Shown: positions 30,212-39,586, counted from the stretch's first letter. The stretch: DNA of 64,000 nucleotides from Clostridia bacterium (GCA_045533905.1 JAZSIR010000002.1:1-64000), one strand, 5' to 3'. Notes: generated by a model not told the origin, from the letters alone. Program-made: numbers and translations.

Positions 30212-30275
30212 GGAAAGACGCTGCAAATTGTGGCGCCTTTTTTGTATGCCTTCTTTCTAAAAAACGAAAAAAGGG

Positions 30276-30304
30276 TTTACAAACTGCTTTCGATGTGATA
30301 AAAT
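30276..30304 (+). promoter_or_regulatory. sigmaA promoter of mgtE, giving a ~200-nt leader
   Basis: TTTACA-N17-TAAAAT with TG extension. Confidence 0.65.
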
Positions 30305-30310
30305 AACTAT

Positions 30311-30509
30311 ATCGGCAAAATATGCCGACAGTACAGTGAAAAGGATGTGAGTTTGTGGACGGATACCCCGGTCGATTATGTGATTTCTATACCTCGGGGA
30401 TGTCTGTTCGCTAACGGCTGCTTCCCCGAAATGGCTTTCGGGCCGGAAGATAAGGCGCAATGCCTTTTGTCTCCGGCTTTGTTGCCGATTTTGAAGGGAG
30501 GCTATTTTT
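30311..30509 (+). promoter_or_regulatory. structured 5' leader of mgtE (candidate cis-regulatory RNA)
   Basis: Several stems plus a terminator-like hairpin at 30442-30483; lacks the M-box consensus. Confidence 0.55.
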
Positions 30510-31844
30510 ATGCTTACAAACATCTTAGAACTTTTGAAAACGCGGCAATTTGCAGCACTTCGCACAGAACTTGCGGAAATTAATATTGTCGACGTTGCAG
30601 AGCTTTTTGACACACTCTCGGAAACGGATTCGGTTCTCGTGTTCCGCCTTCTGCCGAAGGAAACTGCGGCGGACGTATTCAGTTATATGGAGCCCGACGC
30701 GCAACGGCGGATTGTGGAAGGGATTACTGACCACGAGCTTTCGGGTATTATTGACGATCTTTTCCTCGACGACGCGGTTGACTTTATTGAGGAAATGCCG
30801 GCAAACGTGGTAAAGCGTGTTCTGAAAAGTGCAGACGGGCAAAAGCGTGCGCTCATAAACCGCTTCCTCCGCTATGAGGAGGATTCTGCCGGCAGTCTTA
30901 TGACGATTGAGTTTGTCGGTCTCAAAAAAGAAATGACTGTCTCGGCTGCTTTTGAAACGATTCGCCGTACGGGCCCTGATAAAGAAACGATTTACACGTG
31001 CTACGTTATGGACGAAAACCGAAAGCTCGAAGGCATCGTGACCGTCAAGGACCTTCTCTTAAGTGATATGGATGCCCGCATCGGCGACATTATGGACACG
31101 CAGGTTATCTATGTTTCCACCGATGAAGATAAAGAAGCGATTGCAAACATCTTCCAGAAATATGACTTCCTCTCCCTCCCGGTTGTAGACCGCGAGAGAA
31201 GGCTCGTCGGCATCATCACGATTGATGACGCGGTGGAAGTACTCCAGCAGGAAAACACCGAGGACTTCGAGCTTATGGCGGCCGTTACGCCTTCGGAAGC
31301 GCCCTATCTCAAAACCGGTGTTTTCAGCCACGCGAAGCGCCGTGTGGTGTGGCTTCTCCTTCTTATGCTGGCCTCGGCACTTGCCGGCGCCATCTTAACA
31401 CGCTTTCAGAACGCTTTTGCGGTTATGCCCATTTTAGTTACATTTATCCCGATGCTTATGAACACCGGCGGTAATTGCGGCTCGCAGGCGTCAACGCTTA
31501 TCATCCGCGGTCTCTCGCTCGGCGAAATCTGTGGGCGCGATACGCTTCGGGTATGGTGGCGTGAGGTGCGCGTGGCAGTTCTCTGCGGCGTTGCGCTGGC
31601 AATTGTAAACCTTCTCCGCATCTGGATTTTCTATGACGAAGCATTCCTTCTGGGCCTTGTAGTAAGCCTCAGCCTTCTGATGACATGTGTAATTGCCAAA
31701 TCCTTCGGCTGTCTACTGCCCATCGGGGCAAAAAAGCTTGGGCTTGACCCGGCCATTATGGCCTCGCCTATCATTACCACGCTCGTGGATATCTGTGCAT
31801 TGGCCTTATACTTTTCCGTAGCCAAATTCATCCTCCAAATTTAA
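30510..31844 (+). CDS. mgtE: magnesium transporter MgtE
   Basis: MgtE N domain, CBS pair (SAGSLMT..LVGIITIDD), TGGNCGSQ, DPAIMASPIITTLVD. Confidence 0.96.
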   Translation: MLTNILELLKTRQFAALRTELAEINIVDVAELFDTLSETDSVLVFRLLPKETAADVFSYMEPDAQRRIVEGITDHELSGIIDDLFLDDAVDFIEEMPANVVKRVLKSADGQKRALINRFLRYEEDSAGSLMTIEFVGLKKEMTVSAAFETIRRTGPDKETIYTCYVMDENRKLEGIVTVKDLLLSDMDARIGDIMDTQVIYVSTDEDKEAIANIFQKYDFLSLPVVDRERRLVGIITIDDAVEVLQQENTEDFELMAAVTPSEAPYLKTGVFSHAKRRVVWLLLLMLASALAGAILTRFQNAFAVMPILVTFIPMLMNTGGNCGSQASTLIIRGLSLGEICGRDTLRVWWREVRVAVLCGVALAIVNLLRIWIFYDEAFLLGLVVSLSLLMTCVIAKSFGCLLPIGAKKLGLDPAIMASPIITTLVDICALALYFSVAKFILQI

Positions 31845-31856
31845 GAAAAGCAGCGC

Positions 31857-31885
31857 AAAAAGCGGCAAAATTTGCCGCTTTTTTT
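31857..31885 (+). terminator. intrinsic terminator after mgtE
   Basis: AAAAAGCGGCAAA-a-TTTGCCGCTTTTTTT. Confidence 0.75.
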
Positions 31886-32011
31886 GTTTTTCCGCGCGGC
31901 ACCTGTTTTTGGGGTGCCGGGCGGCCTTTTTTTGAAAAAATTCCCTATTTTTTACAGTGTTTTTTCGAATTTTGTAAACCTTAATTTTTACTATAAAACC
32001 GCGCTTTATAG

Positions 32012-32107
32012 TTTTCCACATTTTTTAGCATAACCCCCTCAAAACTATGTGGAAAGTGTGGATAACTTCGCGAATAACTTGAAAAATCGCACTTTTTTTG
32101 TGGAAAA
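32012..32107. promoter_or_regulatory. DnaA-box cluster
   Basis: TTTTCCACA 32012, TGTGGAAAG 32048, perfect TGTGGATAA 32057, TGTGGAAAA 32099 in AT-rich DNA. Confidence 0.65.
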
Positions 32108-32191
32108 CTTTTCTGCCCCTTCTATTCATCATTTTTACTTTCTTGTCATTAGGTTTACATAATTATTTCAATTTTCTTCCAAAAAAATCCA

Positions 32192-32244
32192 TTCGACAAA
32201 AGCAGTGATTTTTCGCGGAAGGAATCGCTTTTTTGGTGCAGAAT
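32192..32244 (+). promoter_or_regulatory. spoIIA promoter: Spo0A box plus sigmaH promoter
   Basis: TTCGACA (reverse 0A box) at 32192-32198; GAAGGA(32218)-N17-GAAT(32241). Confidence 0.75.
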
Positions 32245-32293
32245 ACTCCATTTATCTTTCATTTTTAAGAAAGGTTTGAAAAGGAGGATTTTT

Positions 32294-32629
32294 ATGGAAC
32301 TTACTTGCAAAACTACAGGGCGTGCGCTCGTGGCTTCCCTCTCGGGAGAGCTCGACCATCATAACGCCGCACGTGTGCGCGGAGAACTTGAGAGCCGCTT
32401 TGCCGCTGCGGGCCTGCAAAATCTTATTTTTGACCTTGCCGAGCTCTCTTTTATGGACAGCTCGGGACTTGGCATTTTAATCGGGCGGTTCAAAACGGTT
32501 TCTGCACTCGGCGGCGAGGTGCGGATTGCCGCCCCGAGCGAGCAGGCGGAAAGACTTCTCCGCCTTGCAGGCATTCACAAAATCATTCCGATTTTTCCGT
32601 CGCTTTCGGAAGCGGCGGCAGGACTTTGA
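32294..32629 (+). CDS. spoIIAA: anti-sigmaF factor antagonist SpoIIAA
   Basis: LSGELDHH, FMDSSGLG.LIGRFK STAS motif. Confidence 0.95.
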   Translation: MELTCKTTGRALVASLSGELDHHNAARVRGELESRFAAAGLQNLIFDLAELSFMDSSGLGILIGRFKTVSALGGEVRIAAPSEQAERLLRLAGIHKIIPIFPSLSEAAAGL

Positions 32630-32641
32630 GGAGGTGTACAT

Positions 32642-33061
32642 ATGGAAAACAAAGTAAAAATCATTTTTGATGCGCGCTCCGTAAATGAAGGCTTTGCACG
32701 TGTGGCAGCTGCCGCCTTTGCCGCTTCCCTCGACCCTACGGTGGAAGAAATTGCCGATATTAAAACGGCCGTCAGCGAAGCGGTAACAAATGCTATTATC
32801 CACGGTTATGAAGGGCGTGGCGGACGTGTGTATCTGGAAATGACGGCTCTTGGAAATCTTCTGACTTTTACAATCCGTGACCGCGGGCGCGGTATTGCCG
32901 ATATAGAAAAGGCCATGCGCCCGCTTTATACCTCAAAACCGCATCTTGAAAGAAGCGGTATGGGCTTTACCGTGATGGAAAGCTTTATGGACAGCCTCGC
33001 CGTTTCCTCGGCACCGGGCGCGGGTACGCGCGTTACGATGACGAAGCGCATCCATGGATAA
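32642..33061 (+). CDS. spoIIAB: anti-sigmaF factor SpoIIAB
   Basis: NEGFARV..DPTVEEIADIKTAVSEAVTNAIIHGY..ERSGMGFTVMESFMD. Confidence 0.97.
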   Translation: MENKVKIIFDARSVNEGFARVAAAAFAASLDPTVEEIADIKTAVSEAVTNAIIHGYEGRGGRVYLEMTALGNLLTFTIRDRGRGIADIEKAMRPLYTSKPHLERSGMGFTVMESFMDSLAVSSAPGAGTRVTMTKRIHG

Positions 33062-33785
33062 GGCTACATATGATGCCATCCGCGCCGCCCAAAGCGGCGA
33101 TGCAGCGGCGCTCGAGGCACTTACGAAAGAAAATACGCCGTTAATTCACAGTATCGTCCGCCGCTTTTACGGCCGCGGCACAGATGAGGAGGACCTTTTT
33201 CAAATCGGTGCCATCGGATTTATAAAGGCTGTGCGCGCATTTGACACGGCGCGTGGGCTTGCCCTCTCCACCTATGCAGTACCTATGATTATGGGCGAAG
33301 TGCGGCGGCATCTTCGCGACAATACGATGATAAAGGTCAGCCGCAGCACGAAAGAGCTTGCCGGACGTGCCGCCGCAGCCGCCGGTACGCTTCTGGAAAA
33401 AACGGGCAGGGAAGCGAGTCTCTCGGCTATTGCCGCAGAGCTTGCCGCTCCCGAAGAAGATGTGGCCGCAGCACTTTCCGCCGTGCAGACGCCCGATTCT
33501 CTCGAGCGCCCCATCTGCGACGGAGACGGTCTTTTGATGGACATTCTGGGCAGCGATGAGGATGTGGCGGAGAAAGCCACAAACCGTGCAGCACTCCTCG
33601 CCCTTCTAAATAGCGGGGACCCTACCGAAAAGGAAGTTCTCCTCTGCCGCTTTTTCAAGGACAGGACACAAAGCGAAACGGCCGCCGCTTTAGGCATTTC
33701 ACAGGTGCAGGTTTCTCGTATGGAGAAACGTGCCCTCAAACGGCTGCGCGCTCTTCTGGGCACAGATACACGAGAAAAAGATTGA
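33054..33785 (+). CDS. sigF: RNA polymerase sporulation sigma factor F
   Basis: EDLFQIGAIG.IKA..FD..STYAVPMI.GE, TQSE.A..LGISQVQVSRMEK; third gene of spoIIA. Confidence 0.92.
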   Translation: MDKATYDAIRAAQSGDAAALEALTKENTPLIHSIVRRFYGRGTDEEDLFQIGAIGFIKAVRAFDTARGLALSTYAVPMIMGEVRRHLRDNTMIKVSRSTKELAGRAAAAAGTLLEKTGREASLSAIAAELAAPEEDVAAALSAVQTPDSLERPICDGDGLLMDILGSDEDVAEKATNRAALLALLNSGDPTEKEVLLCRFFKDRTQSETAAALGISQVQVSRMEKRALKRLRALLGTDTREKD

Positions 33786-33816
33786 CAAAAAAACTCTTTT
33801 ATGCTATCCTTAATTT

Positions 33817-34151
33817 GTGAGTAGGTCGGGCAATCGCGGCAGGGCGCACGCCCTGGTGAGGAAAGTCCGAGCACCAAAGGGCAAGGGTGCCAGATAACGT
33901 CTGGTGGAGGCGACTCTAAGGATAGTGTAACAGAAAACAACCGCCGATTTTTCGGTAAGGATGGAAAGGCGAGGTAAGAGCTCACCGGCGGTATGGAGAC
34001 ATACCGGCCGTATAAACCCCACCCGGTGCAACACCGACAGAAGAGATAAGCCGGCCCGGCACTTCTTCGACCGGTGGCTAAAGCCGTATAGCAATATGCG
34101 GCGTAGATAGATGATTGTCTGAGACAGAACTCGGCTTACAGACTTACTCAC
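33817..34151 (+). ncRNA. rnpB: RNase P RNA (type A)
   Basis: GAGGAAAGTCCGAGC, ACAGAAAACAACCGCC, GGTAAGAGCTCACC, AAACCCCACCCGGTGCAA, ACAGAACTCGGCTTA; ends GTGAGTAGGTC/GACTTACTCAC pair; promoter TTGACA-N17-TATCCT at 33782-33810. Confidence 0.97.
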
Positions 34152-34166
34152 CGTTTTGACCCTTTT

Positions 34167-34190
34167 CCCCGCAGAGCCTGCGGGGTTTTT
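34167..34190 (+). terminator. terminator after rnpB
   Basis: CCCCGCAG-agc-CTGCGGGG-TTTT. Confidence 0.75.
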
Positions 34191-34300
34191 ATTGCCCCTT
34201 TCTTAAAATCGACATTTTTCGCCGGATTCGTTTCATTGCAGAAAATTTTTTCCACCGCTTCTTCCGATATCGAAAAAAATGCGGACTTTTCAGGGGATTG

Positions 34301-34329
34301 TTGACTTTTTCTTTTGTGGCAATTATAAT
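34301..34329 (+). promoter_or_regulatory. sigmaA promoter of the dat-pxp-alr operon
   Basis: TTGACT-N17-TATAAT. Confidence 0.7.
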
Positions 34330-34389
34330 GAGAAAAAACGGCTGAATCGGTAGATTTTGCCATAAAAACCTGTAAGGAGATATGTTATT

Positions 34390-35232
34390 ATGAAGAATCT
34401 TGGCTACTACAACGGCAAATTCGGTGAAATCGAAGAAATGTCCGTTCCGATGAACGACAGAGTCTGCTACTTTGGCGACGGTGTATATGATGCAACCTAC
34501 AGCCGCAACTACAAAATCTTTGCGCTGGATGAGCACATTGACCGTCTTTACAATAGCGCCGCCCTTCTCAAAATTGAAATCGCACAGACCAAGGAAGAAA
34601 TGAAGGCCATCTTAAACGAAATGGTCGCTAAGATGGACACCGGCGAAAACTTTGTATACTGGCAGGTAACCCGCGGCACCGGCAAGCGTAACCACGTATT
34701 CCCGACCGACGGCTCCAAGGCAAACCTCTGGATTGCCATTTCCCCGAAGGATATCGTAGACGTATACAAGAAAATTAAGCTTATCACAATGGAAGACACA
34801 CGTTTCCTCCATTGCAATATTAAGACCTTAAACCTCATCCCGTCGGTTATGGCTTCCCAGAAGGCGAAAGAAGCCGGCTGCGACGAAACGGTTCTCCACC
34901 GCGGTGAAAGAGTTACGGAATGTGCGCACAGCAATGTACATATCATTCGTGACGGTATGTTCGTAACTCCGCCGACAGATCACCTCATCCTCCCCGGCAT
35001 TGCCCGCGCACACCTTATCAAGGCTTGCAAAAAGCTCGGCATTGCAGTAGATGAAACACCGTTTACAATGGATGATCTTATGCATGCAGACGAAGTTATC
35101 GTTTCTTCTTCCGGTTCTCTCTGCCTCGCTGCTGAAATCGTGGACGGCAAGCCCGTTGGCGGCCGTGCTCCGGAAATTCTGAAGGCAATTCAGGACGAAG
35201 TTCTCCGTGAATTCATGGAAGCTACAAACTAA
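34390..35232 (+). CDS. dat: D-amino acid aminotransferase (PLP fold type IV)
   Basis: DR..YFGDGVYD, EHIDRL..SA, YWQVTRG..RNH.FP, NIKTLNL, ILPGI.R; the RNH.FP loop is typical of D-AAT rather than IlvE. Confidence 0.82.
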   Translation: MKNLGYYNGKFGEIEEMSVPMNDRVCYFGDGVYDATYSRNYKIFALDEHIDRLYNSAALLKIEIAQTKEEMKAILNEMVAKMDTGENFVYWQVTRGTGKRNHVFPTDGSKANLWIAISPKDIVDVYKKIKLITMEDTRFLHCNIKTLNLIPSVMASQKAKEAGCDETVLHRGERVTECAHSNVHIIRDGMFVTPPTDHLILPGIARAHLIKACKKLGIAVDETPFTMDDLMHADEVIVSSSGSLCLAAEIVDGKPVGGRAPEILKAIQDEVLREFMEATN

Positions 35233-35244
35233 GGAGAAACGAAT

Positions 35245-36309
35245 ATGACACAAAAGGATATTACCATCTTAAACCTCGGTCAGAGCCTTGATGACCTTGC
35301 AAACCTCGACCCGAGAGGCTACGGCGTTTGCAAAATCCTCTACAAGGCATCGAGAGAGCTTGCGGGCGAGCCGACCTGTATGCACGCTGCTAAAAAGCTC
35401 GTTTCGACCGTAAAAGAAGGCGACTTTGTTTATGTTATGACAGGCTTTGTTCTCCGCCCCTATAAAAAGGCGGAAATGGACGGCATTGTAAGCTCGATGC
35501 TCCTTTGCCGCGCACTTGTAAAAGCCTTTGGTGCAAAGCCGGTTATCATTTGCCCCGAGGATAACTATGAAGCTGTGAAGAACCTCGCCGCATGTGTAGG
35601 TCTTCACCTCTTTGAAGACCTTGAGGACCTTCGGAATATTCCCGTTTTGATGGGCGTAGTATGTTTTACAAAGGATGCAGATAAGGCCGCGGCCGAGGCC
35701 GATGAAATCATCGCCAAGATGCCGCCCAAGGCTGTAGTAAGCATTGAATGCCCGGGCGCAAACGCCAAGGGTGTATACCATAACGCAATTGGTCTCGATG
35801 TAACACCGCTGGAAGCGAAGCAGGATGTTCTATTTGAAAAAATTCAGAAGATGGGCGTTTTGAACATTGCCATCGGTGACCTTGGCAACGAAATCGGCAT
35901 GGGTGCGATTCGTGACGCGCTCTGTGCGCACATCCCCTATGCAAGAGAAGGCGCTTGCAGTTGCGGCTGCGAAGGCGGCCTTGCCGTTACAACCGCGGCT
36001 GATAACCTCATCACCGCCACCGTTTCCGACTGGGGCTGCTATGCTATGATTGCGGCTATGGCATTCCTTCTCGAAAACGTAGATGTTATGCATACCGAGG
36101 AGCTTGAAAAGGCCGCCATTATCTGCGCCAGCCGAAGCGGCATGATTGACATGTATGGTTGGCTCATTCCCGCAGTGGACGGATTCGGTCTTGAGATTAA
36201 TCTCCCCATCGTATCCCTTATGCGCGAAATGGTAAAGAGCGCTCTTTCCCTTCGCGAAACCTGCAAAACTTGGTTTGAAAAGGTAGAGGAATTACATTTC
36301 TTCGGCTAA
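35245..36309 (+). CDS. DUF4392 / D-glutamate cyclase-like domain protein
   Basis: TGF..E.DG, IE.PG...G.YH...G, IGD.GNEIGMG, A.VS.WG motifs. Confidence 0.8.
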   Translation: MTQKDITILNLGQSLDDLANLDPRGYGVCKILYKASRELAGEPTCMHAAKKLVSTVKEGDFVYVMTGFVLRPYKKAEMDGIVSSMLLCRALVKAFGAKPVIICPEDNYEAVKNLAACVGLHLFEDLEDLRNIPVLMGVVCFTKDADKAAAEADEIIAKMPPKAVVSIECPGANAKGVYHNAIGLDVTPLEAKQDVLFEKIQKMGVLNIAIGDLGNEIGMGAIRDALCAHIPYAREGACSCGCEGGLAVTTAADNLITATVSDWGCYAMIAAMAFLLENVDVMHTEELEKAAIICASRSGMIDMYGWLIPAVDGFGLEINLPIVSLMREMVKSALSLRETCKTWFEKVEELHFFG

Positions 36310-36333
36310 GCCGGGAAAGGCTTTGGTACTTTT

Positions 36334-37047
36334 ATGGAAAAGGTAAAATTTCTCCCCTCGGGTGACAGCGCCGTTACGGTTTTGTTCTCTACGGAAATAA
36401 ACGAAGAGACCAACCGCAAAATTCGGTATTTAGCTGCACAGATTGAGAAAAAAGGGATTCGCGGCATCCGCGAAAGCGTGCCCACCTTTTGCAGTATTAC
36501 GATTTATTTTGATCCGTTTGTCATCTCGGAGAAAAAAGTAGAAAGAAAAATCCAAAAGATTATAAAAGCTTATAAGGAAGGCTCCGCCGGCACTCGGCGG
36601 GTCTTCCTTATTCCCGTTTGTTACGACGGGGAGCATGCGCCGGATATGGACGATGTATGCACGCTTTGCGGCCTTACAAAGGAAGAGGTAATCGCCATTC
36701 ACTCCGGCACCGATTATCTTATCTACATGCTCGGCTTTTTGCCGGGTTTCCCGTATCTTGGCGGTATGGACCCGCGCATTGAAGCGCCGCGTCTTGACAC
36801 GCCGCGCACCACGATTTTCGAAGGTGCCGTGGGCATCGGCGGCAAGCAAACGGGGATTTACCCTCTCGCTTCCCCCGGCGGTTGGCGGCTTATCGGGCGC
36901 ACACCCTTTAAGGTTTACGACCCTGAAAGAGAAACGCCGATTCTGTATAAAGCCGGCGACTATATCCGTTTTTATCCCATCACAGAAGCAGAATTTGATG
37001 CGATGCGGCAAAACGGATGCGAAATTGAAATCAGGGAGGAACGATAA
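36334..37047 (+). CDS. pxpB: 5-oxoprolinase subunit B (KipI/AHS1)
   Basis: GDSA, IPVCY...PD, GFLPGFPYLG, GAVGIGG.QTGIYP..SPGGW.LIGRT. Confidence 0.95.
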   Translation: MEKVKFLPSGDSAVTVLFSTEINEETNRKIRYLAAQIEKKGIRGIRESVPTFCSITIYFDPFVISEKKVERKIQKIIKAYKEGSAGTRRVFLIPVCYDGEHAPDMDDVCTLCGLTKEEVIAIHSGTDYLIYMLGFLPGFPYLGGMDPRIEAPRLDTPRTTIFEGAVGIGGKQTGIYPLASPGGWRLIGRTPFKVYDPERETPILYKAGDYIRFYPITEAEFDAMRQNGCEIEIREER

Positions 37048-37994
37048 TGTACGCGATGACAATTCTCTCCCCCGGCCCCCTTTCCACGGTGCAGGATGAA
37101 GGCCGCTTCGGCTATATGAGCACCGGTTTTTCGCCCGGTGGTGCCATGGATACAAAGGCCGCAAAAACCGCCAATATCCTCGTGGGCAATGCTCCTATGG
37201 ATGGCGTAATTGAAATGACAGTTATGGGGCTTTCCGCACAGTTTTCGTGCGATACCCTTGTAGCGATTACCGGTGCCGATATGGTACCCGAACTAAACGG
37301 CGAGGCCGTACCGATGTATCGGGCCATCCCCGTGCATGCAGGCGATACGCTCACGATGAAGCTTGCAAAAAGCGGTATGCGTGCCTATCTCGCTGTAGCC
37401 GGCGGCTTTGACCTTCCCACGAGTATGGGCAGTATGTCCACCAATTTAAAATGCGCGCTTGGCGGCATGGAGGGCAGAAAGCTCCAAAGAGGTGACGTGT
37501 TACCGCTTCGCCGCACCATCCCCTCTTTCCCGAAGGATGTGCGCGCAACTTCTCCCGAAACCTATTCGAAGGCGCTCACAGTTCGCGTGATTTTAGGACC
37601 GCAGGATGACTTTTTCACAAAAAAAGGACTCGAGACTTTCCTATCGTGTGCGTATGTGGTCACCGACAAGTCCGACCGTATGGGCGTGCGACTTGACGGG
37701 GAAAAGATTGAGAACAAAAACGGCGTAGATATTATTTCCGACGGCATCGCGACGGGGTCCATCCAAATCCCTGCCTCCGGCACGCCGATTATTATGATGG
37801 CCGACAGGCAAACGACAGGCGGCTATGCAAAAATCGCCACGGTAATTTCTGCGGACCTTCCCAAAATTGCGCAGGCCGCGCCCGGCACGGAAATCCGCTT
37901 TACGGCTATCTCGCAAAAAGATGCCGTTCGCATTCTCCGAAAAGAAGAACTGAAATTAAAAGCACTCGAATACCGTTTGCTTTTTAAAGATTAA
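37047..37994 (+). CDS. pxpC: 5-oxoprolinase subunit C (KipA/AHS2)
   Basis: PG..STVQD.GR.GY...G....GAMD, GPQDD.F, SDRMG.RL.G, ADRQTTGGYAKI. Confidence 0.95.
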   Translation: MYAMTILSPGPLSTVQDEGRFGYMSTGFSPGGAMDTKAAKTANILVGNAPMDGVIEMTVMGLSAQFSCDTLVAITGADMVPELNGEAVPMYRAIPVHAGDTLTMKLAKSGMRAYLAVAGGFDLPTSMGSMSTNLKCALGGMEGRKLQRGDVLPLRRTIPSFPKDVRATSPETYSKALTVRVILGPQDDFFTKKGLETFLSCAYVVTDKSDRMGVRLDGEKIENKNGVDIISDGIATGSIQIPASGTPIIMMADRQTTGGYAKIATVISADLPKIAQAAPGTEIRFTAISQKDAVRILRKEELKLKALEYRLLFKD

Positions 37995-38008
37995 ACGAGG
38001 TGAAAAGA

Positions 38009-38794
38009 ATGGATTATGCAAAAATGTTACCTTCCGAAGTGCGAAAGCTTATTCGTGAAGAAAAAATCACCGGGCAAACCTCGGGTATGTGCGAAACGTA
38101 TGCCCAGGGCAACCTCTTGATTTTACCCCGCGCCGAGGCGTATGATTTTCTCCTTTTTACACAGAGAAACCCGAAGTCCTGCCCCATTTTGGAGGTTGGC
38201 GATGTGGGTAGCCGCCTTGTAAAGAAAATGGCGGATAACGGGGATATTGCAACCGATATTCCGAAATATCGCGTTTGGGAAAACGGCGTTTTGACCGGTG
38301 AATACACAAACGTTTCGCATTTATGGAGAGATGATTTTGTATACTTCCTCATTGGCTGCTCCTTCTCCTTTGAAGGCGAGCTTCTCGCCTCGAACGTGCC
38401 TGTACGCCACATCGAAGAAGGTAAAAATGTGCCGATGTACCTTACGAACATTCCTTGCGAAGAAGCCGGTATGTTTCACGGCAATCTCGTTGTGAGTATG
38501 CGTCCTATGCCCGCTTCCGATGTTATCCGTGCCGTCAGCATCACTTCTTCCATGCCGCGCGTGCACGGCGCACCAATTCACATCGGTGATCCCGAAAAAA
38601 TCGGTATTCGCGACATTATGAAGCCGGACTTTGGCGACAGCGTAACGATTCATGAAGGTGAAATCCCCGTATTCTGGTGCTGTGGTGTTACGCCGCAGTC
38701 GGTTGTAATGAGTGCAAAGCCGCCCATTGCGATTTCCCATGCACCGGGTCATATGTTTATTACCGATGTCAAAAATTCTTTGTTAAAGGACTGA
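38009..38794 (+). CDS. DUF1445 / YcsI (UPF0317) putative hydro-lyase
   Basis: TSG....QGNL.ILP...A.DF..F..RNPK.CP, DIATD.PKY, GCSFSFE, VVSMRP, HGAP.H.GDP, FW.CGVTPQ, HAPGHM. Confidence 0.92.
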   Translation: MDYAKMLPSEVRKLIREEKITGQTSGMCETYAQGNLLILPRAEAYDFLLFTQRNPKSCPILEVGDVGSRLVKKMADNGDIATDIPKYRVWENGVLTGEYTNVSHLWRDDFVYFLIGCSFSFEGELLASNVPVRHIEEGKNVPMYLTNIPCEEAGMFHGNLVVSMRPMPASDVIRAVSITSSMPRVHGAPIHIGDPEKIGIRDIMKPDFGDSVTIHEGEIPVFWCCGVTPQSVVMSAKPPIAISHAPGHMFITDVKNSLLKD

Positions 38795-38802
38795 TTTTTC
38801 GA

Positions 38803-39585
38803 ATGTTTGCAATAGATCTCAACAGCGACCTTGGCGAAAGCTTCGGCGCCTATAAAATCGGCCGGGATACGGATGTGATTCCGCTCGTTTCCTCGGCAAA
38901 CGTAGCTTGCGGTTTTCACGCGGGTGACCCCACCATTATGGCAGAAACGGCAAAGCTTTGTGCTAGTGCCGGCATCGGCATCGGTGCACATCCCGGTTAT
39001 AATGACCTTGTAGGCTTCGGCAGAAGAAATATGAGCGTTTCCCCGAAGGATGTAAAAAACCTTATTATCTATCAGGTGGGAGCCCTCGATGCTTTCTGCA
39101 AGGCAAATGGCATTTCGCTTTGCCACGTAAAGCCGCACGGCGCGCTTTACAATATGGCCGCAAAAGACGTTTCTCTCGCGGAAGCTATTTGCGAAGGTAT
39201 TTATGCCTACAACCCCTCTCTCATTTTGATGGGTCTTTCCGGAAGCTGTATGATTTCCGCCGCCAAAAAGCTTGGTCTCCCCTATGCCGCCGAGGTATTT
39301 GCCGACCGCGCATATGAAGATGACGGCACACTCGTAGCAAGAACAAAGCCGGGCGCTATGATTTCGGATGAGGATGAAGCCGTCTCCCGTGTTATCGGTA
39401 TGATTAAAAATCATAGCGTGACTTCGATAAACGGCAACGAAATCGAAATTTGCCCCGATTCCGTTTGTGTGCATGGCGACAGCGAAAAGGCGCTTCTCTT
39501 TGTAAAGAAAATTCGTGCCGCGCTGGAAAAGGAAAGCATTGCGATAAAGCCGGTTTCCGAAATCGTCGCAGAAAGGGCGAACTAG
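38803..39585 (+). CDS. pxpA: 5-oxoprolinase subunit A (LamB/YcsF)
   Basis: [29 protein letters not shown]...[28 protein letters not shown]. Confidence 0.96.
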   Translation: MFAIDLNSDLGESFGAYKIGRDTDVIPLVSSANVACGFHAGDPTIMAETAKLCASAGIGIGAHPGYNDLVGFGRRNMSVSPKDVKNLIIYQVGALDAFCKANGISLCHVKPHGALYNMAAKDVSLAEAICEGIYAYNPSLILMGLSGSCMISAAKKLGLPYAAEVFADRAYEDDGTLVARTKPGAMISDEDEAVSRVIGMIKNHSVTSINGNEIEICPDSVCVHGDSEKALLFVKKIRAALEKESIAIKPVSEIVAERAN

Positions 39586-39586
39586 T

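Noticed and set aside
30311-30509. M-box (ykoK) riboswitch call upstream of mgtE
   Set aside because: No AGGTGAGGCTCC or GACGCCAATGGG consensus; kept instead as an unknown leader
33272-34151. Minus-strand ORFs over sigF and rnpB
   Set aside because: Antisense to sigF and RNase P RNA; a common false call
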